A DNA stretch of 64,000 bases from Botryllus schlosseri (Eukaryota), in assembly GCA_051294905.1 (NCBI GenBank), contig CM119373.1, forward strand, positions 2,730,001 to 2,794,000, read 5' to 3'. A model generated the notes under the pieces. The model saw only the letters and a list, made by a program, of their open reading frames with translations, was not told the DNA's origin and made no database searches. This document shows positions 26,610 through 40,800 of this stretch, in pieces (within the stretch, counting starts at the first letter, position 1; every line of letters begins with the position of its first letter). A program made the position numbers and the translations under genes.

Positions 26610-28136
26610 ATACATACATACATAAATATATCACTTCACTGAAATGTAGGGTAGGAATTAGCAATATGACGCCGTGTGACGAGTGACGACATAAGTTCAC
26701 GTTCGCTTTCACACAGAACCTTTCAAAAAGGTCCGCGTCCTCATGAACCTCAACCTTTCTCAGCGGTTCGCACCATCCCTACTATCCCTGGATATTTTGT
26801 TATTTCCAGATTCTGACTTCCAAAGTCTGACGAAGAATGAGGATTACACAATTTTAAAATGAGTTGATGAAAATATATATACTTCTAGCAGCTCAGCTTG
26901 TGTCGATCATTATGCTTGCAAATAGGCTGGCTCTGGGGCAGGGACTTTCGTTCAGGGGTGGCATGTGCGGCAGTCTCTCACCTATTGTCAGGTTAAGCAT
27001 TTTGTGACATTGCTGTGAGCTGATCACGACATCTCAGAAATGACATTCTCAATAACGTACGATGTTCTGTTCTACATGTTTCGTATGCTGCTATATGATC
27101 AATTGGTTGGATCAATTAATGGTAGAAAATACTGTCGAAAACATTATTTTCGTTAAATTTACTCTTATTGGCAAGAAGCGTATAACTCAGTACAACATCT
27201 TCTCTTACTATTGGATTCGAACTATTGTGCACAACTCTACTTACCGGCGACTTTCCTCCAAGTACATCTGATCCGTATCATCAAGTTCATTTTCCTTATC
27301 CCTAAATGTTCAATTGTCCATTAATCCCTATGTACTACCAATGTAACTGATTACGTCATAGAGCATATACTCTCGTTATGGTGACTCTCGTTTCCAAATC
27401 ACATAACCATTAATCATATTCCCTGATGTCGGAACGTCGGATAGCTGCACGTCCCAATTCAACACAGGCAAAGCTCAGTTCTATTTGAATATTGTTGCTA
27501 CCGATGTAGCTTTCAATAACCTTAAATCCACTCTTAGGACAATTTCTTCTGATGAGCAAGACGACAGCAGAATAGTTACCTTCCATGATGTTTTTACAGT
27601 TCCTTGATAGTTGCAGGTAAAAGTTACAAATACAATGCATAACAAAGGTTATAAGAACAGGCGGGAAAACAACAAATCAAATTCTCATATTCAGCCCGTG
27701 AACACTTTGCGGTTCTTTCTTACGCCATTATTGACCGTGGCGCAAAAAACCAACAGGTGATAAGCGCGATTTATTTTCTTTAGATTAACAACAACAACTT
27801 TGCATTTTTTTGACCATTCCTAGTAAGGAATGATCATTTTTGACGAGTTCGTGATATTGATCTCAGGAGTTACCATTGAAATTATATATGAGAAAGATTT
27901 TGGTAACTGAGCAACCCGTAGGTATGGTAGATTCGGCCTTGCACCAGAAAATTGCGACATATCCTCGCATGTAGAAGAAAGGTTCAGATGTTACAGAGAA
28001 CTTAGAAAAATATTTGCAATTACAATCAAGAAGGTATAGAGCTAGAGTGGCAATTTTTTGGAAAATATTTCGTAAACCAGCAATTCAGCACGTCTCATGA
28101 CAACCGATTTTTCGTACATTACCCTGGGTATCCGAT

Positions 28137-29863
28137 CACTGGTCGACATTTGCCAACTTTTTTATTTATTTTTTTGAACGACGGATTGAGTTTACCTAAT
28201 TTGACGATGCTGATTCCGAATCTGCCGTCAAAGTTCACTCATCACGTCACAATTTTTCGCGAAATCGAATAAAAAATTTACTCAAAAGCGGCTGATTAAG
28301 GGCGCTTATGCCCGTTTAGGTCCGTATATGATACGAAACTCATCCTACAAAGTTCTCAACTTATTTTATTGGATTTGAGGTGTTATTATGTTAAACTAAG
28401 CCCTCCAAATAATCAGGATGCTTAGTATTTCCAAGAAATTTAGATAAAACTTTAATGAAAGAGAGTCTTTTTTTTTAAATACTAATAAGAAATGAGATCC
28501 AATTTAATATATAATGTTGGAAATACTACATTAGATCTGTCTACAAGAGCAGTATCTTAAATATTTTAAAGCCTGGTCTAAGTTGCTCCCTCATCGGCCA
28601 CTTACGTTTAATTCAATGATTTCTACTGTCCCATTCACACATAAAACAAGGATACCTTGTAGCTCTAGACAGTTGAACCAGTAGCATATTTATCAGCTAA
28701 AAATCAACGGAAATTTTACAAGTTTGAGTACTATATTCCCACTTGAGGATCAAAAGTTTCATATTCTCGCAATACCCCTTGATGCCAGTTGCACCAGCTA
28801 CATGGATCGAAGCACATTGACTTGTATTGTGCGAAAAAAGCTTTTAGGCTTGGTACATAAATAAAGAGACGCAATTCACAGTTCCAAATGTCTCTATGAG
28901 ACCTTGATCATCGATACAATAGAGTATAGACTAAAGAGGGTTCGGAGGCAAAGAGGCGTGTGTTTTCACTATCACGATGCGAATACCAAGCAACAATGAT
29001 ATCAGTACCAAGTAGGCTATATGTTTGGATTTTAATCTGGCACCTAAAATAAGAGCAGATTAATATAGCAAATTCAAATTTATAACAAAGTTATTTAGTT
29101 CAGCTTGATTCAATTTTATATAGCTGCTGTTCCCCATTACACCCATGCTGAGAAAATTCTTCAGACAAGTTGCGCAAGTCAAATTGGATATTGATCTTTA
29201 TGCTGCTTTTTGACAATGAATCCAAAAAAAAACATGAGCAAAAGTAACAATCTTTTTCGTGTCCATGTGGCTCTCTCCAAACCATTGGAACACCAAATGA
29301 TAAAGATTTTTGGCTTCAAATGCTTCACAGCCTCAATGTCGCTTTATTTTTCATTAACTGTGCTGTGAATTCCTCTTCTTTACATCGCCTAGAACTAGAC
29401 CCAGGTGAGTGTCTGATTTCAAAGACTACCTCAAGTCGTTTCGACCCCTTCCTATCTTTTCATTGTATCGCAGTATTGTGATCTTATGAAAGCAAGAAAA
29501 TATCAATAATTTGACACTGATATCAAAATCTAGGCCTAGAATACATACTTTTAACATACCTCAGTTATTTTCACCTCTACCTGACCTTAAATTGACGCCG
29601 TTACTTCTACTTCTACTGGAGTAATTGTAAGTACTTTGAGCACCTCTGATGACGTCACAATGGTTATAGCTATGACCCAACAGCAAGGAATACGTCACAG
29701 AACAGGCTGTTTTTAGCACTAAAATGCAAAATTTTAAATCACAGATCATAAAAAATCTGGACGTGATAAGAAAGAAAAACGACTTCGTTTTCGTAATCAG
29801 CGTTCGAAAATTGACTAAATAGTCATCATTTTGCTCAAAAAACAAAAATCATGTCGACCAGTG
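28137..29863 (-). mobile_element. Chapaev3 (CMC) DNA transposon relic
   Basis: TIR CACTGGTCGACA / TGTCGACCAGTG; minus-strand remnant LSFGVPMVWREPHGHEKDCYFC (~29238-29305), a recalled Chapaev3 zinc-finger motif. Confidence 0.8.
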
Positions 29864-31828
29864 TTACCGGACTACAACCGATATTGTAAGGACTATAATA
29901 ACGACAATTGGTAAGAGGTAGGGCCACTAAAACGATTGTCATGCGCCCCCTTGGCGTGATAAACCAGATTTCTGGGGGCGTCGTCCCCAAGAACCCCGTC
30001 GCGTGATTACGATGGTCAGCAAAGTTTGTGTGGCCTGGTCGCCCTACGCACCAAAAGTTTCTATAATGCATGAATGAATAGGGGGTAATTACACAAATAT
30101 AGCTATAAATTATTTATCCTCTCTGCCCACGTAATTAGATTTACCAGTTGCGCTAAGTGAGCTGTTGTCTTGGAAAATGAAGGCCACGTAATTAGAAACT
30201 AAACATAGTCGGGCGTGCCCGTTGGTGCAATTACTTTATTACATGTTCTTATTTTTTTACCTCTTGTCCGCTATATAGTCAAAAGATATTGAAACGCATA
30301 AACGAATTAAACTATTATAGTAAGCACACAATTCAAAATTGGTATTTCTTCAATGCCAAATAATTTTTCTCGGATGGATGTTATTTGTCATCTGGGGTGC
30401 AGATTGTGACGACATGATAATTCGGCACGAGCGATGTAAGCACCTATTGACAATTAGACTTATGTACATCGAAGTTTACGGTCAACATAAGGGCAGTACT
30501 CTTCGGCTAAGGTTTTGTCGCTGACGATCTTTTTCTCTGAGTCCGATATCGGCCGGAACTTCATATGTCTTCGTGCATCGTGGCGTGGTAAAAACGGCGA
30601 AATGCCTATTTCTATTGTCTATAGTTATGCGTATGTTTTCGTGGGGGAGTCGTCAATACGTGATGTGTAATTTATGTTCATTCAACAAAATAACTTAGGG
30701 CACCCTTCGAGCTGTCCCTCCCCATACCCCCGATTGGGGGTTTGGGTTTCAGCAGTTTTAATCATGGTAATAGGTCAAAGTCCAGTCGGTCTTTTCGGGA
30801 CTTTAGTATTGGAAATATTTCGCGCTTTATTCGCGCTCGGGGACTACTCGACAATAATAAACCATATAATAGTTATATGTGTTATATTCAGGGTCAAATC
30901 AAGGTTGTTGTTATAACAACAATCGGGTACGGTCCTATACCCTGTGATTAGAACCATCCCCAATTCACATCTGCAATTGACAATACTGGGGAACTAATGG
31001 TTGCCTAATAGATTTTGTTTCACTGCTTTGTGTGACTATAAGTAAGTCAACTGAGAATGGGATGCATATGTGCTCATATTGAATTTTGTACTGTACCCAG
31101 TAATTTATTTTAACATGAATGTATTCTAAACAAAGCCACTCATATTATTTAACGTTCATGTGAGGTAGTCGACCACAGCACTAGATAGTATCATCCCTTA
31201 ATATACGATGAAGAAATATACTGACAATTTAATGTTGTATCTCTCAAACACAAGTATATTTAGATATTCATTTCGCGCACAAAGCTTCAAAACATATCTC
31301 ATGTACAAGGGGGCTCTCACTCTCAAGAGTGTCAAGAATGTCGGCAGAAAGGGTTTCTATATAATCTCAAAATTTATCATTAATATATACCGCTATTTGT
31401 CTGTGTGTTGTCTTCCGTGTATTATAGTATAATTTGATTTTCTCTCGTCTCTTGTTATGACTACCGGTACGGCTGACTTTGCCTAGCGTTAATTTTTTAT
31501 TATTGTATTATTACGTCATACTTTGCCAATTTGGTTTTCGTTTGAATATCTCTCTGTATGCTTATTATTGTGCCGTTAACTCTCGATAAGGGGCACACGA
31601 AAAGTCTTCGAGTTTATAAAATCTTTACTGCCATGAATGTAGTTGTGAAAGCAATACTCAAGTTTAGTACCGCCAACCATATTTTCAGATATCATGTTCA
31701 TAAATAAACTCCAATTCCATATATAAGTATTTATCTGGACTCAAATAACTTTCCATTAATTCAATCAGATTTATGTCAACCACCGATTGTAATTTCAAAA
31801 TAATCTGTTGAAGTGTAATATTATTAAT

Positions 31829-31945
31829 CACTGGTCCACATGATTTTCGCGCCAGGACTTCTTTGGGTCAACTATACCTAATTTGTGGACGCTGAATACG
31901 AATCTGACGTTATTCTTGCTCCATCATGTCACGTTTTTGATATAT
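31829..31945. mobile_element. Chapaev3-like MITE terminus
   Basis: cactggtccacat start, plus a gacgctgaatacgaatctg..catcatgtcac block similar to 28203-28250. Confidence 0.5.
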
Positions 31946-33661
31946 TATATATGCTGAATATTTCTACTTATTCGAGGTACTCAAGTAGATTTTGGCTACT
32001 TGCAGTACTTACTGAAGTGGTAATGTTTTACAACTACTTCTACATCTACCTGACCAGTATTCTGGATGAACTAATTACTTTTGCAATTTGGTTTTTGTAA
32101 CGTAAAAAGTAGTTCAGGGATAATATTGCACCACTACCATGAGGTAAATTGTCATAAGAAACGTGTAAAATAGCCTCTGAATCAGGGTAACTGAGTATAT
32201 TTTTTCGAAGATTATACCCATGTGTAGTGCCATTATATTCATTTTGCCTTATATGCGGTGATACATCTTGCGATTTCGTATGTAGACACCTCTGACTAAC
32301 TGTTCAACGTATGCGACCACCCTCGCCCGACCAAATATACACATATATTTACTGATTTTTATTAATCCTCCGACCTTTTATTTCGTCATCCACTTGAAGT
32401 AGTTTTGACATGTCTTAGAAATAACTACTTCAACTTGTAATTGAGTAGAAATGTAAGGCGTTAATTGTTCTACTTAAGTGGCAACGCTGATCACTTCGAC
32501 CGACTCTAGTTCATAGCAAAATATTACGGCAAATCGAAATCCTCCAAAAATGTGAAGCTTTTTGTATTTAGAACTGGCGTTTAATCATGCAAAACACTAA
32601 CAAAATGTCTCGAAATTACCCGATGCTAATCTATGGCTCTGTTAGAGCATGTAAATTGTAATACGTGGTATTTGGTGTCGGCCACAAAATGACCGATGTC
32701 TAGACTGGGATTGACTGTCCTAGAACCTATGCATATTTATTTCCATTATGAAGTAACACGCACTTCAGGTTTCATGTTGAGCTGTTAGTAAGCAGTCTCC
32801 ATTCATCTGGATGTCTATAAAAGACTATGCAAAGAAGCCCTTTATATCATGGTAATAAACCAAAAGAAAAACCGTTCAGAAACAGCTTTCCTTGATTCCG
32901 ATTAAAGGTGATAGTATATGGAAACTGGAAAAGAAGAATTAGCAGTGGCCGCTCGTGACAATATCGGGTTGTGGGGCAAGGGCTGCAAGCGACTTTTTAT
33001 CAAGATGGCGTCACAATGGCGTTTTCCAACGTAAACAAGTAACTTAATAATGGTACGGTAACAGTGATTTTAACGCATGTGCCACGAGAGGTCCACCGGT
33101 GAGCTGTGACTTGAAGTGTGGCAGCTGCGTAAACGGCGTAGCCTACTGAACAAAGATTCAACATGGTTCATGTTCGTACTTGACCCGACTGCAGAAATGG
33201 AAATGACTATAACTCGAGAGATTGCGTAAGCCTTACTGGAAAGGTCAACGAGTTCGGACACATACGCAATTGTTATCTCATAGATTGGGCCTGTCATATT
33301 GAATCCAAAACATCATTCTGGAGAAGTCGGAAATTCGGTCTCCGTACAGCATAGGAGATTTTGGCCTTGAAACTGGAGACTGTAACACGACACATACGGC
33401 TTTATTACTGCTAATAGGTCTGCCGCGGAATCGCCTTTGGAAAATATATTACCGAATAAATACGTGGATGTAAGCCGTAAATTTAGTACACTGTTACATG
33501 ACATCATCGAGAAGTAGCCTCATGGCCCATTTCGGTATGGTACACTGTCATAATTAATACGAACAGACCAACACCGAATTTTGCGTAAAATTTACTGAGG
33601 AATAGGCTGATCAAGCAAATGGCTTGAAGGCCACAATTCCACGGTGAAATTGACATTGGAG

Positions 33662-34255
33662 CAGGGTTGTAATGACTCGAGTCATGACTCGACTCGAGTC
33701 TGACTCGAGTCACGATTTTATGATGACCCGACTTGACTCGAGTCATTGTATAAAAATACGGAAATGACTCGACTCGACTCGAGTCAATCTGTGTATTGAC
33801 TCTACTTGGACTCGAGTCATTGCGCATGACTCGAACCAAGTCATATGACTCGAGACTCAGACGGCCAAGACCGACATTTCATTGTAATTTCGAATATTAG
33901 TGAAGTATCCACACTTGGGATTTCGCCGATTGGTACTGGTACTTGAAAATGCGACCAGAAACTGCTAAAAATGAGGAAAATTATTATATTATAAATGCGA
34001 ACCATCCGATATCACCTGACAGAGTTATACAAAGTGGATTTAGCAAGACTTTAACTGGAAACTGGTCAGTCAACACAATGACTTGGACTCGACTCGAGTC
34101 ATAATACCATGACTCGGACTCGACCCTCTGCTGGCTAACTTGGACTCGGACTTGACTCGGTGGTGAATTGAAAATGACTCGACTTGACTCGAGTCAAAAC
34201 TATGAAAGCTAGCTTGACTTGTGACTCGGAACCTTGTGACTTAGTTACAACCCTG
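33662..34255 (+). mobile_element. hAT MITE family B2, copy 1
   Basis: TIR CAGGGTTGTAA / TTACAACCCTG; exact TSD CATTGGAG; GACTCGAGTC arrays. Confidence 0.9.
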
Positions 34256-34393
34256 CATTGGAGAATATAATATAAAAGTAAATATTTGAATGCAAACCGA
34301 GAATGTTAGTAAACTGTTTATTTAATATATCCATGATATCATCATTTCATCACCTATCTCAGTATGCAACACAGTGAACGTTACCACAGATAT

Positions 34394-35010
34394 ACACCGG
34401 CTTTGCGTGAAATCCACAATGCGTTGTAGGCTAAAGTGTCATATCAGCGCACATCTCTACCATACTCGACCTTGATAGCGAAATTACTGCCCTAATCATT
34501 GAGTAATAACCTTGAGACTTGGCATTGCGTTCGATACTAAAATCAAGACATACCGTGCAAAAGCTTATGACGGATCTAGGTAAGGAGCATCGTTAAAATC
34601 AATAGAGACCAATACCGGCTTTGCGTAAAATCTGTTAGCGATAAATGACGAGTCAGCTCTCACTTGACTTAGGAAACGAAATTACCACTAACACAGTTAA
34701 GTGACAAACTTGAAACTTGGTACAGCGTTCGATACTAACATTAAGACTTGCCGTACCAAATGTCATGACCGATCTTGGTATGGAACATCGTCAAAATCAA
34801 TGGATACCAATACCGGCTTTTGAGTAAAATCTGTTTGCGATACATGACGGATCAGCACACGCTCAACTTCGGGAACCGAATTACTACTCTAAACATCAAG
34901 CAGAAACCCTGAAACTTGTGGCAGTGTTGAATACCACCATCACGACATGACATACCAAGTTTCAAGAACTATCACGGTGTGAAACACCATCAAAATCGAC
35001 CTATACCAGC
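34394..35010. repeat. Tandem array of three ~200-bp diverged units
   Basis: accggcttt..gtaaaatc..cttgaaacttgg..gcgttcgatacta..catcgt.aaaatcaat repeated near 34396, 34614 and 34812. Confidence 0.8.
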
Positions 35011-35899
35011 AAAGGTTGACCAAACGCATATGACGGAAACCGAGTTCAGATGTAGATACGATTGTTACATCACACCTTAGGGGCACAGACCTATTGTGCC
35101 CCACTTGCTCGGTAATTTTATGAATAGGAGAGAGTAAATCACCGTTTCTTTATTGTGCGCGGCTTTGAGAGAATAGACAGTGAAAGCTTGTCATGAGCGC
35201 TACCGGGGCATGCCCCGTCTAGGCATTCGCAAAGCGAAAACACAGAAGAGAATTCGATTTTCGCAGAGACTTCGCTATATAACGGCATTTACAGGCGAAA
35301 GGACAAGAAGAATACGATTTTCGCTGTGATTTCGGTATATATAGATTGCTGTGCGTCTATAAATGGTAAACAATTGATATTGAACAGAATTGGTGGGGCA
35401 ATGCCCCAGTTGCCCTATAGGACGAGCCGCCACTGCCAAATGATATCACAGTCTTAACCATAACACGTCTAAGCAAGTATGGAAATAATTTCATCAATAG
35501 CCAATCCCATCTCCTACTGTTCTAAAAAAAACATCCGAAGACTTGATGACATCACAATTACTCCACGCTCAAGTGCTCACAAACCTGTCAAATCCAGACG
35601 GCACTGTGAAGTCACGTGATAATCTTGCGCGGTTTGATTGGTTAATAACGCTACCACCAATCCCTTCGGCCGACGGTGAAAAAATAACAATCGATCTTTT
35701 GAATTCGAGAACGATCAGTTTTTGTACATCAAAGGTGCCGCCTCGCTATAGTGAGAAAACGGCTGGGATCTCTTCTCTCCTTCACTATCTTCGCCTAGTT
35801 CGGTATTAAATACACACAATTTTGTTGACTGGATGGTGTTTGTCGACTACTAGGGTCATGTAAACCGGGTCGATATTTTTTTTTATTCCGTAACTGCCG

Positions 35900-36040
35900 A
35901 CTTGTATATAGGCCCGCTTCTTGTCGTAACCGCAAGTAACCGCAATTGAAAATATTCTTTCTGACGGGACTGATGTTGCTGTTAGTGCGAAATAATTATT
36001 GGCTAAAGTAGCAAGCGTGGGAAGTTTGGAGTTGTAGGTG
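35900..36040 (-). pseudogene. hAT (Ac/ZBED1-like) transposase C-terminal dimerisation-domain fragment
   Basis: KLPTLATLANNYFALTATSVPSERIFSIA...KKRA matches the canonical P.L..LA..YL..PATSVPSER.FS motif. Confidence 0.85.
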
Positions 36041-36999
36041 CGGGATATTAGGGTGACGGGGTTTTGTATTGTGAGTTGTGATGCAACCATGCAGCCTGGA
36101 AGCAGGTGAGGAGCATCGCAAACCTCAAACGTATTGGTCATTGTTGCCCAACCGATTAAGCATCCACACTCTCTTTCTCGTGAGCACTTGCTACCGAGCT
36201 GTTCAGACGGCATGGTTGCGTCACCATACAAAACTGCTTTACAATGCATCATTCGAGGTTGATTTTAGTGGGTCCCAGGACTACGAGCAGAATAAAATTT
36301 ATATTTCCGCAATGAGTGACGCGGTAGCTATCGATCGATACCAATTTTATCGAATTTTGCGTTCGGCAAGCCGGTCACGAATTACCGTGATATTACCATG
36401 AAATAGCCATGTGGAAAGTGTGACGTAGATCGATTTCACTTAGTCGTGAGATTTGCGTGTGTCCACACTATGGTGTAACGGTAAACAGCGGTTAGTTGAT
36501 TGATTGTTGCTAGTAAAATGCAGAAGCGCCAATTATTTTATGTTGTGCTTGTCAGGTCTCAATAATAATGTACTGTGATTGAAATTGTAATTAAGCAAAA
36601 ATTTCATCAAATTAAAGTTACAATTACACGAAAAACGCAATTAATTACATCCAGCTCAATTACAAATTACAAATCATCCAACTCTGATGTACATGATAAC
36701 TATAGCGAAAAGTCAGGCCGTATTATACCACAATGCTGAAGTAGCCTACACGACACCGACAACCACTTCTTGATAACATGCATAAAATACGAATTTCTTC
36801 GAACGTTTTCAATAACTTATTGCAATTAGTTACATATTCCTTTCACCGTACGCAACCTACTTACGTAATCATAAGTGCCGACCGTCGTTGCTGAGTTCGC
36901 AATAAGTTGCAATAAGTTCATTTAGTCACCGCTTGATTTCAAATACCGGAGGGCCGTTGCTCACGAGCGACAAGCACCAATTGAATTTTAAACAATATT

Positions 37000-37633
37000 A
37001 ATGCCACAATGCTGAAGTACATGCTGAATTTTGAAAGGTCTCCTAATGTATTATCAACTGGGCCAATAAATGCTACATTCATTCCACAAAATCAATCTTT
37101 TTCTTCGCTTTGCCAACAATTTCGACAAGTACTCGGCTAGACCGGACAGACGTTCTTAAGAGTGAAACACCGGTTTCCTGACTTCCACCAGATATTATCT
37201 CAAAAAAGTTACACACCCCAATCGGACGGATTTGGTTTTTATGATACAATAAGAACATCAAATCATGATAGATCCCGTAAGCCTTGTAGATTTTTTATAA
37301 TATGTGTTTCTTTCTTGCTATTGTGTGATTGTGGGCAAATCTCATAGCAGAGAGTCACTAAAGATTCACAAACCGAAAGCAGAATATTCCGAGAAAACTT
37401 TTGAGCTAATAATTTTTGAAATTGTCAAGGTGCATTCTCGTTTACTGATGAACTTTTCGTCATGTCGGCAGCGCCATGCGGATAGTGGTCCGAAGTTGAA
37501 ATTAGAAACATTTCATCCAAAGACGTTATAAATTATAATGGCGTGAAAAATTGTAATACATGAAAAAGGTTCACAGTGCAGAACCTATCAAGGTTCGATT
37601 TTGAACGAGAACCTCACGTTCACACCATTCCTA
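37000..37633 (-). mobile_element. MITE family A, partial inverted copy
   Basis: Ends gttcacaccattccta; internal homology to 52430-53217. Confidence 0.75.
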
Positions 37634-37804
37634 TAGTGAATACCATTCGACTTCATCATCATCATCATTGGTTTATTAGCAATTTTATCTGTTCAATACA
37701 CCACAAAAAGGCGATACAATGAAAAAATGACTTTGCCTTCAATATTCCTGGCGGAACTGCATATGCGCATAGACAAGTCAAGAAATATCCAGGAACTGTA
37801 ATAT

Positions 37805-40800
37805 CCCAGCAAACACCCGATGTCCAGTTGACTTCCTGCGGAAAAGACGCAGGACGCCCAGTGTTACTTCCCTGGAGTGGATTTGTCGACTACTAGAAGC
37901 GTCCTAAACACTTCCTGAGTTGGTCTACTATGGACGTGAAGCGACTCCATATGGACTCATTGGATCTGCTGTGGACGTGACATGACTCCCTATGGATGCG
38001 TCAGACCTACTGTGGACGCGACGTGACTCCCTATGGATATGTCATTTACCACCTGTTCTATTCCTCAGGATTACCATATCAGGACTCCCCTTCTAACCTG
38101 GTACAATTACATGGAATTCAACATCATATAAACTAACGAACTGTTTATATTGGGTTACTGTAAAACGACAATTGCAAAACAAAGCACAACATTAACTAAT
38201 GAACTATTGCTGGTAAACAAAGTTCAGGCTTACGTGAAAAATCGATCAGGAAGTCACTACGAATAAATGTGTCAGTGGGAATTTGCATGTAGCAGCAAGT
38301 TCTAAGTCAATTTTATATTACCATTACAAACATTTCAACTGAAGTGCATCATGAAATTAGAAATAAACGTGTCACATGACTTTGAAAAAGTACAACTGCT
38401 AATACAACTAAAACAGGGAAAAGCATGGAGCAATTATAAGTAAAATTTACATTGCATATTATAAAACGATGCATTATTTGCACCACATCATGTTAAGAGC
38501 GCGAGTGCGTATTCGCAATAAACTTGGTTGCAACAACAGTTTTCTTCTTGGTCTTTGTTTTGCCTGAAACATATACAACAATGTCAGCAAATCATTTGTA
38601 GAGCCACTCTGCTGACATAGCACATGAAATTTGCGTCAGAGCTGCTCTAATTTCTATTCCCTCATGCATTAATTGTGATCCGCTACTTCTACTTGTGCTA
38701 AGTGATAATTTATGACGATACTACAATGTCTACTCGAGTACGGGAGCTTCTGACGTTGTGATACAGAGTTTGAAACCCGTCAATCAAATTATATTGTGGA
38801 AACACCTCAAGTACATACTTCAGTACTTTCCAGAACTTCTACTTTACCTAAAATAGTTTTGATAAGCCATGTATATCGCTGCTTGAGTGCTTGAACCCGA
38901 GTAGAAATACATTGCGTTACTCTTACTTGTACTAGACTACTGACGCTACAAATATTTCTAATTGAGTGCTGAACATGATTTCTTTCCTTATCTCTGTTTA
39001 AAAGCATACAACTACGACATTCCTCAAGTCTCCATATTTTGACCATGTCGACACTTGGAAGTAGTTTGATGTCTTGTAAATCGCTATTTATACTATTTAG
39101 TACGGTACTAACGGTGAATACTTTGACCACCTTTATTTGGAACTTATCACCTACTACAACTAGGGCTTGCCACGAATCTGAATAGAGCAACGATAAGTCG
39201 AAACAGATGATCTTTTAGGGTACATAAATTGTATTCAACAAGAATTAGAATTCCGATTCTATGTACCACTGCGAGGCCTAAAAACATAGATTCGTCATAT
39301 CGCAGAACACGGCACATGTAGGACGTAGCTACGCACGATCGTGTGAATGACAAATGTATTGTCTCAAAGTACAATAAAATAGGAATTATCTTAAATCTAA
39401 AAAACATTCTTCGATATGATGTAGAGCCAGTATTCATTTTCTTCGAATTTGCATACGAGATAGATATTTCAACTTTTCCTTGTTCATTATGTTGTCACAT
39501 CATATAGAGCAGAGGCTTCAATTTCAAATGTGGTCGCAGGTCAATTTCCGGATTTTTGACGACGCAGCAAAATAGGGATATTCAATGTATAATTTCCAAG
39601 TAGGCCTTATTTGACGGGAGCTTGCAGACAGGCATTCCACAAACATCTCGAGAATATAATTTACTATTGTATTATTCACGTTTGACACGAAAATAATCAC
39701 AGTTTTGAATATTTCAATAAAATTATTTTTGTGCTGGGCATAATTTGTTAAAATAATGAGTTATAGAGATGATGCAATAGGATGCATCATGACATCATCA
39801 AACTCTGGGTTATACTATTTCAGTTGGTGGACCTTTGACGTGTCACAGTTGTATTTTAAAATCTACTGAAATTTGATCTGGTATCAGAGCAGTTGAGCGG
39901 TGTAGCCTAATCCGGGTTTTGATATAGTCGTGATAAGTAGGCTGTTGCTACTGTCATTACCAAAGTCAAATTAATTCAGAATTAGATGTTGGCTTCGATT
40001 ATTATTGGAACATATCAACAACTTTAGCCATAGTAATAGCATTGTTTCTTATCCTTAGCAATCGCACACTTCATGCTACTCATAAGATTTCTAGCAGCCC
40101 AAAATTTATTTTCAACACAATATCTGATGGTACCTATATTAAAATCAGATAGTCAATTCACATAAAATTGCGCATAGCACGAGAACCACAGCATATAGGT
40201 CTAATTCCACGATGCATATCGTACCACAAAAGGGTCTACGGGCCCTGTTCAAGAACCCCTGGGATAGAATAGAGCACAAAATCTTCTTTTAGAACTTTTT
40301 ACTTCATTTTGAAGTGAATTTTACAAGCCTGGTAAATGGCTAATTGTACAGTAGAAATTCAAGGCGTTGCAACTATTTAAACTCCGGTGCAAACAATATG
40401 TACTTTGACCACCAACTATGATTAAACGCTAAGAATGCCTACGCAACACCTCGACCAAATCTACTTTTTCAAACTTATTATTTGTATACTTTCCAGAAGT
40501 GCATTATCTACTTCCATTTCGAGTAGATCTAACGCAACTTTAAAGTTGTTACCTCTAGGTGTGTATAAATCCATAACATTACATCTACTTCAGTTCAAAA
40601 GATGATTACTTTCACAGCCTCTGGTTTCCATGAAGTGTATTCAATGTTTTATACCTTTTGACTTTATCCTGAGGATGACGCAGCACCGATTTTACAGCAA
40701 CGCTTGTTCCATGTGGCAGTAGTTCTTCCGAACGTTTTTGGTTCCAGTCATCAAGACATACTTTGTACAGTGTTCTTGACGTTGTTGAACACTATCAATT

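Larger units (their letters stand above)
23439..26781 (+). mobile_element. MITE family A, copy 2, containing nested F and E copies
   Basis: TIR tagggatggtg / caccatcccta; TSD CTATCCAC / CTATCCCT; colinear with 12917-13933 once 24168-26625 is removed. Confidence 0.88.
32943..35435. mobile_element. hAT (Tip100-like) non-autonomous element hosting nested repeats
   Basis: Ends cagtggccgctcgt / acgagccgccactg; no TSD recognised. Confidence 0.55.
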
